Shown: in pieces, positions 40,150-53,270 of the stretch
Layout: each line of letters opens with the position of its first letter
Numbering within the stretch: the stretch's first letter is position 1
Origin: Camelus ferus
Taxonomy: Eukaryota
DNA: 60,000 nt
NCBI RefSeq assembly: GCF_009834535.1
Contig: NC_045696.1
Location: 113,400,001-113,460,000 of the forward strand
Reading direction: 5' to 3'
Notes under the pieces: model-generated
The model's database searches: none
Told to the model about the DNA's origin: nothing
Seen by the model: only the letters and a program-made list of their open reading frames with translations
Made by a program: the position numbers and the translations under genes

Positions 40150-40335
40150 AGCAGTGTAGTGGCAAGGCTTCTGAAGCTAGACTAATGAGAGTGCAAATGC
40201 CTGCTCAGCCAATAATTAAAAATGTGACCTTGGGCAAATTATTTAACCCCTCTGCTCCTCAAATGCCTTGCCTGTATAAGTGAGGGTAACTTGTTCTAGC
40301 TCACATCACAGGTCTGTTGTGAGGATAAAATTATA
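40150..40335 (+). mobile_element. MIR
   Basis: tgtgaccttgggcaaattatttaacccctctgctcctc core. Confidence 0.75.
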
Positions 40336-42503
40336 TAATGAGATCATTAACGAACATTTCTTCTGACAACAATAACCAAAACAAAGCAACTGCAGATTCC
40401 AAGAGAAACAATTTTGGAAATAAAGCAAACTACAACGTAGCTTAATTCTAAGCAATTAACAGAGAACATAAATAGCCCATTTGTTATCTGACACTTGGAA
40501 CTTTCCCTTCAAGAAGGACAAGTTTAGGGGAGAGATTTATGTTGCCTTGTTACCATTTCAAACCCACTGTGTGAACACCATGGGCACTATTCACTGAATA
40601 ATGATGAAATGCTGGTTTTACTTTCCAATTTTTTTAAATCAACTGATAAATAAAGCATGGGAAACAGTCACAACTATAGGACAGAATATGAATGTTTTAA
40701 TCCTTGACAATGTAAAAGAAAATGGTAGAGCAAAGAAGCCAGGATATGGGGAAAGGAGGGTACTACCTCCCTATGCAGTAAGATTATTCTGTCTCAGCTA
40801 TCTGAGAGAGTGTAAAAGTGAATGATCGAAGAATGTAAGCATATTAAATTTATAAATAAAACCAATAAAGTGACTGAAAAAATAAAACTTAATGAAAGTT
40901 GAGAGGGAAAACTGAGAGGGTACTTTTATTTATCAGTTACATCTACTAAATATAAAGAGGTATAAGCATTGTTCTTAGAGTTGGGAGGGCAACCATCAGA
41001 ACAATTCAAAAGAAAGATGGTTAGAAATCTAGTCTGAAGCACAGGCTAGGAATACAAGGAGAGACTTTTCAATTTATACTCTTCTACAGTCACTGAATTT
41101 TATTTTCCTGCCTGGATACTGCTTTAAAAATAACAATAGTCATTTTTAAGTGATCAAGATTTAAATGTGACATGAACTCTATCATATACTTAAGTGAAAC
41201 AACATTATCATTTTAAATGCATGGAATTGTACATGTATCTTTGTCTTGCTTGTATATCTTCATATATAAACATAACAAAAATAAGAATGCCTTATGTTCT
41301 TCTATAATCAGCCTTTTCCACTTAGGATGTCAAACATCTGTCTATGTACCACATACCAATAAGCAGGCAAATGGATAAATGGACACAGCTGAATGGAGAG
41401 AGACCCACCCCCCCAATGCTAACAGTGATCTTTTTTGGTAATGACATTATCTTTATTTTCATTTTAATATTTTCCAATTTCTCAAAGAGTACATATTATT
41501 CTTATGATCAGAAAACAAAACAAGGCTTTTTCAAAAATTAAAATTTAAAATAAAATAAAAGTCACAATCGTGGTGGAAAACATAAATGCAGGAGCAGAGC
41601 TCCTGGCAGAGAACTCCCCTTCACCCTCCACCTTCCCTTCTTTCCCAACTATCAACTCTCTCTGGGATGTAGCCGTCCTTCTCTACCTCCTTTGCCACAT
41701 CTATTTTAGGACAGTTCACTGCCTCCCACCTAAAGTTATTTCAACAGCCTCTCAACCTGACTCTCCAGCTCACCTGTCTAATCCACCCAGGATAAAAGTA
41801 CAGAACTAGCGTTAAAGCATCACTTTGCTCATGCCCGATCGCACCCCTACTCAAGAAGTGACACTGACTTTCCACCGCCCGTATTTGTCTTCTCTGTTTA
41901 GTTCTCACAGCTGTCACTCTATAACCTGGTGCCACGTAACGTAAGCCTCGTGTCCCTCCCTCCTTGACGTACACAGCAGTCTTTGGCCACCTGTCCCTCC
42001 CCCTCCCCATCTTGTGCTGTCACCATGCCTTCCTATCACTTTTTGCTGGGAACACTTAATAATCCATCCTTCACATTCCAGCTCCACTTTCATCCTCCCA
42101 CAAAGCCTTCTCAGATGATCTCATCTTCCTTCCCAAAACTACTCACTTGTTTAGTAACACAAGGTTTTCTGTGTTCGTTCTGACTCTCCAAATGGAACAT
42201 AAATTCTTTTGAGTACAAGCTTGTGTCTTAATGCCTGCTATGTCTCCCCCTGAGCACCTAACTTAAGGCATATTCATCAGATAAAGAAGTTAACAAGTAT
42301 GGATCACCTTTAGTTTCACAATAATAGATCTAGTGATCTCATGTCAACTCAAACTATCACTAATTACTTATAAGTGCAAGAGGCATTACAAGGTTACTAA
42401 GAAACAGGTATCCCTTATTGACACACTGCATTCATACTATTTCCATATAGTAAGTGACTTTTTAGGTACCCAGGTACAGCTGATCAGAAAAGGTAGCCAA
42501 GGC

Positions 42504-42546
42504 GGCTCCATGGTGTAATGGTGAGCACTCTGGACTCTAAATCCAG
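42504..42546 (+). pseudogene. Tailless 5'-fragment retropseudogene of tRNA-Gln
   Basis: GGCTCCATGGTGTAATGGTGAGCACTCTGGACTCTAAATCCAG between perfect 16-bp repeats CAGAAAAGGTAGCCAA (42485-42500 / 42544-42559). Confidence 0.9.
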
Positions 42547-43520
42547 AAAAGGTAGCCAAATTGTGCTTGCAAATGGCATCAAGTCTTTTACTCCACTGAT
42601 GGACAGCCCCATTAAGATATACAAAGAACTTACTCTCCTTAAGGAATACTGAGGTAAGTTACTGATTTATGGCTCTGACACACAACCAGGGGCTGTAACT
42701 CACACCTTACAACTCTCACAGTGTTCAACACAATGCCTTTTACTTAGAAGGAATCCAATGGGAAACTTATCAAGTCATATCAAAATACTGTATAATTCTC
42801 AACAAATGCTTTAAAACAAAGATAGTGATACCTAACAACGGCTGGTACTTACTTACATGTCCCCAGGAAAGTCACTGTGTCTCAATTTCCAATTTGCTAC
42901 CTGTGCCTTAATAGCTATTTTCTGAATTGAAATACTTGGCTCAGAAATAACTGCAGCACAATGTGAGGTGGCAGGGAAGCCGGGAAACACCACCGATGAC
43001 TCATACAGACAAACACTAAAAATTAGGACTCAAAACTCTTGGCCACTCATTCAAACAGTGATGAGCATGTATGCTGTGCCAGACCCCACACTAGGCTCCC
43101 ACAGCACAGTCCCTTCCTTTCAGAGGATGAGGGAACTGAGACCCAAAAAGGTAAAACTACTTACCCACGTCCCACAGAAAACTCAGCAGCAAAGCTAGGT
43201 CAAAGCCTACAACTCATAAGTCACTGATTTGTGTAACAAAACACAGTATCTCGATACTTTTAACATTTTGAAATAACTCATATAATATTTTAATTAGAAC
43301 TTAGAATTATATCAGAGACACCTTCCTGTAGATATACAATGTTCCAAAAAATTAAATCCATGAAGTAACGATGTAGACTCATAAGAAATTAATTATTCAG
43401 AAATAACAGATTCATAGTTTAGCATCTTCCTTAAGGCCTCCCCCTCTACACAGCCTGCTGGAAGCCAGCTGCTGCTCGCCGCATTCCAGGTGCAGCATGG
43501 TTCTGACCCGGCTTGCTTAC

Positions 43521-43731
43521 CTGCAGACACTAGGACAACTGCTGTAAACAGACTCATCTCTTCATCACTAAGTTGGAGGGCATTTAGTTTCTCACTAAAT
43601 TCAAACATAGAGTTTAGCAGATCCCCTGCTCCCATTGAGTGTAAATCATCCACGCTATACTTCTTTCCACTTAAAAAGGTGACAGTACGCTCCTTTGCAT
43701 CAAATAGTGACGCAAACCGTACCATTAAAAC
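43521..43731 (-). CDS. NR1D2: NR1D2 exon 7 (LBD), 211 bp
   Basis: VLMVRFASLFDAKERTVTFLSGKKY...FTAVVLVSA; ttccag| and |gtaagc. Confidence 0.98.
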
Positions 43732-45622
43732 CTGGAAAAAGAAAAAGACTTATATATATTTGGAGAAGTTCAATAGTAATATCAAGAAATAACTCAGTAT
43801 TCAAGTCAGTTAAGAAACATCCTACATACAAGAGAAAGCTGTAGAAGAAAAACTGAGTTTATTTTTACCCAGAACCATTTGCTTAAGGCAAATTCTCTAA
43901 CAAAGCAATAAATATTCCAAGAACAACATCAAAAAAATTCCAGCCAGCAGCGGCAAAGTACTCAAGTCCTGTGATACTCTATTAATAAAGATTCTGAAAT
44001 GCAAATTCAAAATTAAAGCAGGCAATAATGCCAAGAAATTTGAAACTGGGTGTTGGCCAAAGGCATGAAAACTCTTAAGCTACCAAGGGTATCACATGGT
44101 CTCTAAGCCCCAAGTAAGAAGAGCACGATTTCAATGCGGCGACACTTGGAAACATCCGAACACCAAATGCAGCAGATGAACTCCAATTAGTCTGTGTCAA
44201 GAACCCATAACCCAGAGAGACAATACACAAAGACAACTATCACAGTAAGTGTTCTAGACACCCAGTTATAACTGGAATCCAAGTCAAACTAGTCAGCAGT
44301 TACTTACCCACAACACTCCCTCCACCACAGTAAGCGGTGACATCTATGTCACGCACTTCCCTCAAAACCAGATGAACACTGAACACACATCCTCACTTTG
44401 CAACGCTCCCAAGCAAAGACTCGTTTTACCCAAGACAGTCTAGAAAGGGCGTGAGCCTTCTAAGAAGATGGTGCTAACTCTGTAACACAGAAAACCTAAG
44501 ACAAATCACAAGGTAAAAAGACATAGTCCTGGAGTATGAGACTTGTGTTCTAGATCTGTGTTGTAAATTTACTGGTAATCCAAGAAAAGCCTCTTCCCCT
44601 CTCTGGGCTGTAGCTACCTAACCTCAAAGATGGGTGAATTGAACTTGAACTCTGACATCTCTTCTGACTTTAAATCTTAAGTCTGATGTTTTTTTCCTTT
44701 AAACAGAAAAAACCTATAGGTCTTACTTTGGAATTATACCATAGCTTTTTTTTTTTTTTTTTTTTTAGTGAAAACATCTTCTCTGTTCTAGTCCAAGTAC
44801 CCGAGAAAACAGAGCCAAAGGCAAAGGTTTATGTGGGATGTGGGCTGGCACATGTGAAAACAGGAGTTGGGAAAAAGGAAATGAGATGGAAAGAAGAGAG
44901 AGCCAGTATCAGAGGGTATATTAATAAGATGGACACCACATGACATCAAGGACAACTGAGAGCTCAATCTTGTGGGACTATCCAGAAGTAAGGTTGTAAC
45001 CCTTCCCCCACAGACCGAAGATCTGGCCCACCAGACATCAACTTCCCACCCACCACCCTGCAATTCAGAATGATGCTTAAGAGATCTCAGAGCAAGTCCT
45101 GAGACTTCCCCCACCTCAGCAGCAACAGGGAATCATCCCACTACAGTTGGCAACAGTGGCCGCCTCAAACCAAGGCAGAATGCATCAGAGCAAGAGAAGC
45201 TGGAGTAGAAAAAGCAGCCACAGATTTCTACAGTGAGGTGAGGCCAAGAGGACTTGAGGTGGTACACAAGGGATGTCTGACACATCCCCCAAATACTCTA
45301 CAACCTCCAAAAAGACTAAAACCACATTCTGCTTACCCTTCGTGTTCTGCACTGAACAGAGTAAACGCTAGCTGAGGCTCTTAGCAGGTGTCTAACATTC
45401 CGGAGAACCCAAGTTCACACCTGGAAGCAATTCTAGAACTTGGAGTTTGTGTGCTGTGAATACAGCACGTACTCTGGACTTACCTTGTCTCTTCCCAAGA
45501 TCCTGAGATGGTCATGCTTTTGTTGGTAGTTTCTATCTCTGGACCACAAGCACTTATTTAGAAAAGGATGAAAACAAAATACAACATGCCCTGCATCAAT
45601 ATTCAGGATGAATAAAACTTAC

Positions 45623-45808
45623 CTCAAAAGTCCCAGCCTTTAGAAGGTTGACCTGGTCATGCTGAGAGAGATCTCTGAACCCGGGAATACGCTTTGCAAA
45701 CTCCACCACTTCCTTCACTGCAGGGGTGAAGCTCATGGAAAATTCTTCCCAGATTTCATGCCCCGATTTATGAGGATCCACATACGGAGACTTACTCATT
45801 GGACAAAC
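45623..45808 (-). CDS. NR1D2: NR1D2 exon 6 (start of LBD, heme-ligand Cys in VCP), 186 bp
   Basis: VCPMSKSPYVDPHKSGHEIWEEF...FAKRIPGFRDLSQHDQVNLLKAGTFE; ttag| and |gtaagt. Confidence 0.98.
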
Positions 45809-47351
45809 CTAATTGGCACAAAACAGAAAAACTCTTAAATCGTGAGACGGGGTAAAGACATTCCAAAGGCAGCATACCAATCAGTGGAAACTCAATGTGA
45901 AAATACCCTCCCTGACACCAGTAAAATCTACCCATATCAGCACTGTCTCCGTTTGCTACTTGCCTTGTGACGGAAAGCCTCAGAGCAACCTAATTTAAAC
46001 AGCAACTGACTTACCACAAAAGAGGCAGCCTGAGCAAAGGACATCTGCAACAAGCTATTTCAAAACCTGCTACACGGGTTTAAGAGTTAGTTTTGTAATA
46101 CTGCTGCCACCTTACACTGGTTCTATGGTTTCCAAACAAATTCACACACATTTACTTGGTTCTCAACAGTTAGTGATGGCAGACATGATAATTACCATTT
46201 CTCAGGTAAGGAACTAAGACTTTTAAGAGATTTGGTGACTTACCCAAATACACCTAGAAGTCACAGGCCTAGAACCCAACCCCACACTTAGTATTTCAAA
46301 ACTCCCTTTTTTCTAAATAGGCACAACTACAATGTTGTCATTCAAAGAGAAAGCAACAGTGAGATGCCTCACTTTTTTAAAAAAGGTCATTGATGACTTA
46401 TTTCATACACAACGGTGTGGCCACTGACCTCCACTTGTTCAATTAGGACACAGTAACTGGATATACAAGGTGCACCTTCTAAATGAGGACTGGGGAGGGA
46501 AAAATAGGAAGGCACAAAAGGTATGAGAACACTGAAAGGACTATGGAACACACAGTGTGTACGCCATTACTAAACCCAGCCCTTACATTCCCACTAGCTC
46601 CACAGGTGACCGGGAATGGGATGACTCCACGAAGAATAGCGCAAGTTAGAACTTAAATGCTTACACATTTTTCCCTCCTTAAGGGAGCCACGAAGTCTAA
46701 TAACATAGAAAATTACTTTCCAGATACTTGCAAGTGACAAAAAAAATCTAACATAAGGACTGGGGTAGAGTCAACTACTTTGAAAACGAAAAAGATGTTA
46801 ATTACTTGTCTGTAGAAAATACCAAGCACTATCAAAGGGTCTCATGGTGTGACCGGAGTGCGCGGTGCTGCTGCTTGGGACACACTTCTGGCTGAATAGA
46901 AGCACCGTACTTTCATGCAGACTACTGTATTTGATGAAAAACATTTGAATGATATGAGTAACATTAACTCATCCCAGAAGATAAAGTCTGAGAAAATCTT
47001 CAGAAACCAGCTTATTATATTAAACTATTCCTAAATTTTCAAACAATGAAATATCCATGTTCTGTATCCAAAGACCATTTTGCATGATAATGATTAAAGA
47101 AAATAATTCCCATCTAAATCAAGAAACTACTGACTGGCAAGCTAAAAGGATCAGCTCTTCGAGAAAATCCCAAAGCTAGTAAGGTAATGATTAATCAGAA
47201 TGCAACACTCTTGAAAGGGATTTCTAAGAATTAAAGGACCAATTCTTCATGATCCGTATTTTACATAAAATCCCAATCCCAAGCATAGTATGGATCAAAT
47301 AACATGCTTGTACCTCGTTCTGTGAGAAACCAGGTCATTCAACAAACGATG

Positions 47352-47357
47352 TTTATT
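47352..47357 (-). terminator. Candidate intronic poly(A) signal in intron 5
   Basis: AATAAA ~145 nt after the in-frame TAG reached by reading through the exon 5 donor. Confidence 0.4.
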
Positions 47358-47508
47358 AAAAATACCTGACCTAAAATACTGCACAAAACTGATTCTGTAA
47401 AACCTCTTAGGGTTTCTGACACCCCCACCCCTGCCCCTGATGTTGGTATAACCTCCAGATAAAAGCTTTCCTTGATACAAGATGAGCAAAAAATTGATTT
47501 CACTATAC

Positions 47509-48134
47509 CAGATGCATTCTCCCTCCAGTGTCGCGCAGGTAACTGTTCTTGTTCTCATTCTGAGAAAATCCATCTATGGAAACTCTATCACATACTCTTT
47601 GAGTATAAGCATTGGAGAAGTTCATACAATGTCCATTTGCAATACAAATGGCATGCCCGTTTGGGTAATGCATTACATTCCTCCCTTTGTACTGTCCATT
47701 GAGATGCTGCTGGCTCTCACTGCAAGGAAAGTGGCCGCTAAGCCCACCGCCACAATGGTCATGATTTAAATTATACTGATCCATGCTCTTGGGAATCCGT
47801 TCTCTCTGTGGCTGCATGGTCTCTGTTGAGTTTTCGCACTGCTCCTGATTGTACATAAAGGTATCCTTGTGCGCTCTGGTTACCATGCCAATCACTTCTT
47901 CCTTTGCAAAATCAGAAGAGGGAGGAGAAGAGCCTTTGATGTTTTCTTGCTCCAGCTGGGGCTTGGGTCGCAGCTGTTCCTGGGCTGGTAAAGCCGTCTG
48001 TTCATGATGTTCCACTAATGTGTCACTCTGCAAATGACCACTGAACTGGCTGTTCATCATGGTCTTCATCGCACTTTGCATTTCAATCAGCATCCTCTGT
48101 TTTTCACGCTTAGGAATACGACCAAACCGAACAG
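47509..48134 (-). CDS. NR1D2: NR1D2 exon 5 (C-terminal extension and hinge), 626 bp
   Basis: AVRFGRIPKREKQRMLIEMQSAMK...GGRMHL; caatag| acceptor and |gtatag donor. Confidence 0.97.
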
Positions 48135-49920
48135 CTATTGAAGAGAGAGATATTTAATATCTACAGTCTAAATAAGACCTGTTTGTACAAAAGCATAACA
48201 AAAAATTAGTCCTGACAGCTCTGGCCTCTAGTCATACCAGTAAAGAGCATCTATTTGTGTCTGGCCCAAATTATTCCAAACTTGATGGCTGTATTTCTGA
48301 TGTACCATACGAAGCGGGCGGGGGATTTTTCTCCCAAAACAAAGCTAAGGAGAAGATCTCTTGGGTATTTTATAAGCAAAGTCCAAGAAAGAAATTTGAA
48401 ATTAACTAACAAAAATCACAGCTCGAAGCAGACCAGCATTACTATGCAGCACCTTGCTAAGAGGGCTGAAAGCTCTGTTCTTAAGAAGGCACATGGGATT
48501 CAGCTGCCCACATCCACTAACATTAATGGAACCCAGTAGTACAATCACTCCCTGAACAAGACCCAACTATTAAATGATCTGCTCTCCCCTTTTCCAACTT
48601 CTTAAAAGAGAAAATCTTAAAAAGAGAGAAAAAGAAGAAGAAAAAGAAAAAAGGAAAACCACAGTCAATAGAAATGTAGTTACTGGAAAATAACCTTCCT
48701 GGATTTTAATTAAAATCAGTGAAACAAAAATAAAATCATTCATCCTCCATTATCTTAGAATGTGTCCTGTCTCATCATGAGGGAAAGAAAAGCTTCTTTC
48801 TTTTCTAATATTTAGAGAGACAATAAAAACTCAATATACCCACCCAGCAAGAAAGCCTTACTCATCTAATTGTAGCCTCTGACATTTATCACTATCACAG
48901 ACAATTTTATCATGTTGCACACTTTACCTCTGCTCCCTCCTTCACAACTGATTGTCATTTTTATTCTTTTGAGGCAATCACAATATCCATCAACTTTGGA
49001 TCAGTATTTCTAGTGCTATAAAAAAAAAATTTCAAACAATCGAAAATACAAAACATCAATTGCTGAACTCTTTTATTCAAGAACTCCTAATTGCAATACT
49101 GTTATTTCTGGGCCAGTAAGATCTTAGAGAAACCTAAGGAATTGCTTAAATGACCCTTCCCTCGAAAAACCCAAGGTTCATTCTTAGCAATTCTTAATTA
49201 ACTCTACTAAACCAATTCCTCTGAAAAACCTCATACTCCTCTGCTATGTTACTTAGAACAGAATGAGACTATCCAAAAAATGATTACCCTAAGCACAACA
49301 AAAGAGACAAATCTTTCAGTGACATCATCCACAGATAACACTAACAGCCCTGCAGAGTATCACAACTTTCGTTTTCCATGGGAAGTGATCGCGCCAGAGC
49401 AGAGCAACCACCTCCACTTCAGAGCCTCCTGTTCTTTCCACTGTGCATCTCCTTTCAATGTATTCAGAATCCTTGCCCTGAAAGCACACAGACATCTCAA
49501 GACTGAGAAGTTACAGAGATAATTCAGAATAAGGGGAAACTGATCCCTCAGGACTGCTAAGAAATCAAGAAGAAAAAGCCAAGGAAGGGTTCCCACATAA
49601 AGAAAAACTTAAAACTTCTTTTTTTATTTAAGGAAAAAGAAAAAGTATTCAGCTTGTATAGGGAAAAAAATGGGTCTTTTCACAGGCAAGTAACAAGAAA
49701 AGAAGTGAGCCACAAGCTGTTTCTGGGGTGATGATGCTAAAACTTGACTTTATAATGAATCTGGCATCCTACAAGGCATCAAAATGTGTTTTCTAAAATC
49801 TGTTTCACCCTAAGCACAAGAGGGCCATTGGTAATTAGCTTGTAGCGCTGGTTTATGCTGAGGAATAAAAGCCAAGCTCCATATGCTTTAAGAAGATCAC
49901 TCTTTAAACTGGGAACATAC

Positions 49921-50065
49921 CATCTCTTGACATTCCGACAGAGAGACACTTTTTGAAGCGACACTGCTGACATCTGTTCCTATTCATTCTCATTATAGAA
50001 CAGTTTTCATTCTTCAGGCACTTCTTGTACTGGATGTTTTGCTGAATGCTTCTTCGGAAAAAACC
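49921..50065 (-). CDS. NR1D2: NR1D2 exon 4 (second zinc finger), 145 bp
   Basis: Read by hand: [48 protein letters not shown]; cttag| acceptor and |gtatgt donor; largely missed by the ORF track. Confidence 0.97.
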
Positions 50066-50390
50066 CTAAGAACACAGGAAGATGTACCCCGCCTATTTAA
50101 AAACATCTAGACAAACTCCTTGTAAGGGTTCCCCCCACACCTAACTATCAGGTATATTACTAGCTACCTGGGAAGTAACTTTGGCATAGAACACAGGGAA
50201 ATATAATACTGGCACGTAGAATTTAACTCAGTTCTTACCAGTATCAGTACTTACCTATGCCCACTAGCCAAACAAAACTCTTCTTCCCTTTCTTCCCTTT
50301 GGAGAATCTTGGCGCTTGCCAAAGCATCCCTTGTACTACACTTTACCCTGTTACCAGCCCTGCCTGCAGCCAATTTTCCAGCTCATACTT

Positions 50391-50479
50391 TTAACACGTT
50401 GATCGCCCACTGTGGATCGGGTGCCCCTGAGGAAACAACTGTCACCCAGATTTGGGTGACATGGCAATCAACGTGTTAA
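50391..50479. mobile_element. 89-bp MITE with TTAA ends
   Basis: 16/17 inverted repeats TTAACACGTTGATCGCC / GGCAATCAACGTGTTAA plus an internal 9-bp hairpin. Confidence 0.75.
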
Positions 50480-52025
50480 TCACAGACAAAACTCTTAAAA
50501 TATGAATGACTGATTTCGAGGAAGCTGACAGAGAAATGTGTTCCCTAGCTATAATCCCCTTGCTAGAACCGAGGATTACATTAGTAACTTGTTGGTCTTT
50601 CCTGGATTATTACCTGCTGACACCAGACAGGCCTACTTATATGGGCCAGGTGTTCCTGGTTACTTGTCAGCGATAGGTAAGTGTCATGCCACAGCCCACA
50701 GACCAGTTAATGGCTAGGAAAGACAGTTCCCAGCTAAATGGCTACAAATAACTTTACTATGCAAACAATTTAAGGTCAAGCTTTGTAAGTGGTCTTTGAA
50801 GATCTCCAGCTAAATGGTTCCCTTGACTTTTTCAGAAAAATCAAGAACAAAATTATTTTAAACTGCAGTTTCCTTGAATACCATAACTAATCACATATTT
50901 GATGACTCTATATTAGCAACTGGGGGATACAGCATCTTTATACTTTGTTACTGCAACATTATACTTGGATGCTACAATATCTGAGCTAGACACAACTTTA
51001 AGAGCAATTATGTATGGTTTTATCAACAATACACAATTAGGCTCATTTGCTTGTGCTTTTGTTTCTCTAGCTATAAATATAAAGGGAGAATAATGCCTGT
51101 CCCACAGTTATTTCACATTTTTGTAAAAAAAAAAAAATATACAGAATTTTAAAACAGTGGAAAAGTGCTGCATCTATATAAAATACTGACTAGTTCTGTG
51201 AAGTGACCCAACCATTCAGAGCTACCAAACTCACAATTCATTCAGAGCCACCCTAGAAAATATTTCTTCTTTCGTGATATATATTCATTATCTTGCTCGC
51301 CCACCATATCCTGCCAAACTGGATTCCTGCTCCTGGCTTTCAGTCCAAGAACAGCAAGAGCACATGTCTTGGCCATGTTAATTTTAGATACTCAAGAGAA
51401 AGGGCTGTGCCAGATTAAAAAGGAGACAGAGAGAGAGAGTCCCTGGATAAAAGCAGGCAGTACAGGCCATCTCACTTGGAATTATCTGACTCAGAAATAT
51501 GCAACTAAACTTACAAACAAAATGAGCTTTCCCAAGGGCTCAATTTATATTCAAGATTCTTTTATGAATTTGGGATTACTTCTGATACCACATTTTCACA
51601 AGTATTTAGGAATCAATCCCAACTCCTCGTACCTGACATGTCAGAATGTCAAAGTATCTGATGAGGCCTATTCAAAGTTTGTTTAAACTAAGTTCCAAAA
51701 CAGGCAGTAGCACTTTATCTGTTCTGCTCCCTGCTGTTTCATTTGGAACAGTGCCTGATACAGTAACAAATAAACATTTCATACCATATTGAAGTTTGAG
51801 TGAGATAGCAGATTTATTGTGATCAAAATCTTAAAAAGAAATACTTTCACCAAATTTAAAATACACTTTTCAAAACAAGTTATGTCTATACAGAATATAA
51901 AATGCTTGATACTTTAAGAGGAGCAGCTGATTTCTCTCCTCCTCTCAGACTGTCAGCTGTGGAAACGGGCAAACCTAACTTTAATCCCAGAATCAGTAGC
52001 TTAAAGAAACAAAAGCATGCTTTAC

Positions 52026-52114
52026 CTTACAACCTTCACAAGCATGAACTCCATAGTGGAATCCTGACGCCACATCCCCACAGACTTTACACAGCAGAAC
52101 CATGCCACTGAACT
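52026..52114 (-). CDS. NR1D2: NR1D2 exon 3 (first C4 zinc finger, P-box CEGCKG), 89 bp
   Basis: [29 protein letters not shown]; ccttag| acceptor and |gtaaa donor; phase consistent. Confidence 0.98.
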
Positions 52115-53003
52115 CTAAGGCACAAACAGACACAAGAGTGAAAAGCTGGAAGAAAAAACCACAACTGTTTCGTTTTCTTTCCAATTGAATGTTTTGTTCA
52201 ACTTGTAAGTACTTTAATATACAAATCTATGTTTATAATGTAAAAGAAAAATCCTTACCCCAAATTAACAAATTAAAAGAAATTGTGGTTTTCTTTTAAA
52301 CATTTTACAGCACTGCCAAAAATATCTCACAGAGCTGGCTTTTCCCTTCCTGATGGTTTTAAACATACACTGATTTTAGAGTTACTTTACATCAGATATG
52401 CAACCAAACTAAGAAAACAATTCTGCTGGATAAGAATTAAGAAGTCAGGCAGAGATGTCAATCAATAAAGGTGCCAAGGGGTGTCTCCACAGGCTGCTCT
52501 ACAGACACTCAGTTGAGCTCACCTGAAGGCACCAGACGGGCCCCATTCCTTCCTGATCCTGCCCTGTACCGGCCCATCTTACCTCCACCCTCACTCAGGG
52601 GTCCAAATTTCCACTACTCATTTGGCTTTCCCAATCCTCCTTTGTTTCCTAATTCCAAATGTTCCTAGGTCCAACTGCATGAACACAAACCCTTTTCCAC
52701 GAGTAAGTTCTAAAAACCAGACTCCGAAGTGCCGAAGTGCTGTGCAATGGGGTACCCTAGAGAAAACATGGTCAGAGTACGTAGCCACATATCTTGCTCC
52801 TTGGCAAGAATCAATTATGACAGCCCCTAGGCAGCAAATTTTAAGACCACCAATGATTTCTTATCTAATCACTCAACTATGATTACCCAGAAGAGAGTGA
52901 AAATTACACCCAAAAATAAAATGGTCCCCCAAATGAACAGCTGATAAAGCAAGCCCTGCCTACAGTTAGCGGTACCAACCCTTAGGAAGCCAACGTAACT
53001 TAC

Positions 53004-53270
53004 TTGTCACTCCACTATGACTCTTTGTCATGCCAGGTGCACTCGATTTGCCTGTTTTCATAGAACAATCGATTCGATCCTTCTTTAGGATGCCTTCAGA
53101 GTTGGAGAGGTCAGCATTTTTGGGATTCCCGTTGTTATCAGAAGTAGTGCTATTTGGAGAAGATGGAACAGAGGAGGAGGAGGACTGGAAACTATTCTCA
53201 GAGCCCTCACTGTGACAAGAGGCGGGGCTAGAGGCTGAGCTGGAAGAACTGATATAGGCAATCACACCTC
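53004..53270 (-). CDS. NR1D2: NR1D2 exon 2 (N-terminal A/B domain), 267 bp
   Basis: Encodes GVIAYISSSSSASSPASCHSEGSENSF...HSGVT; acceptor tttctag|GA at 53271, donor A|gtaagt at 53003. Confidence 0.97.

Noticed and set aside
42504..42546. Amber-suppressor tRNA (CTA anticodon)
   Set aside because: Lacks the T-arm, B box and 3' acceptor strand, so it cannot be a functional tRNA
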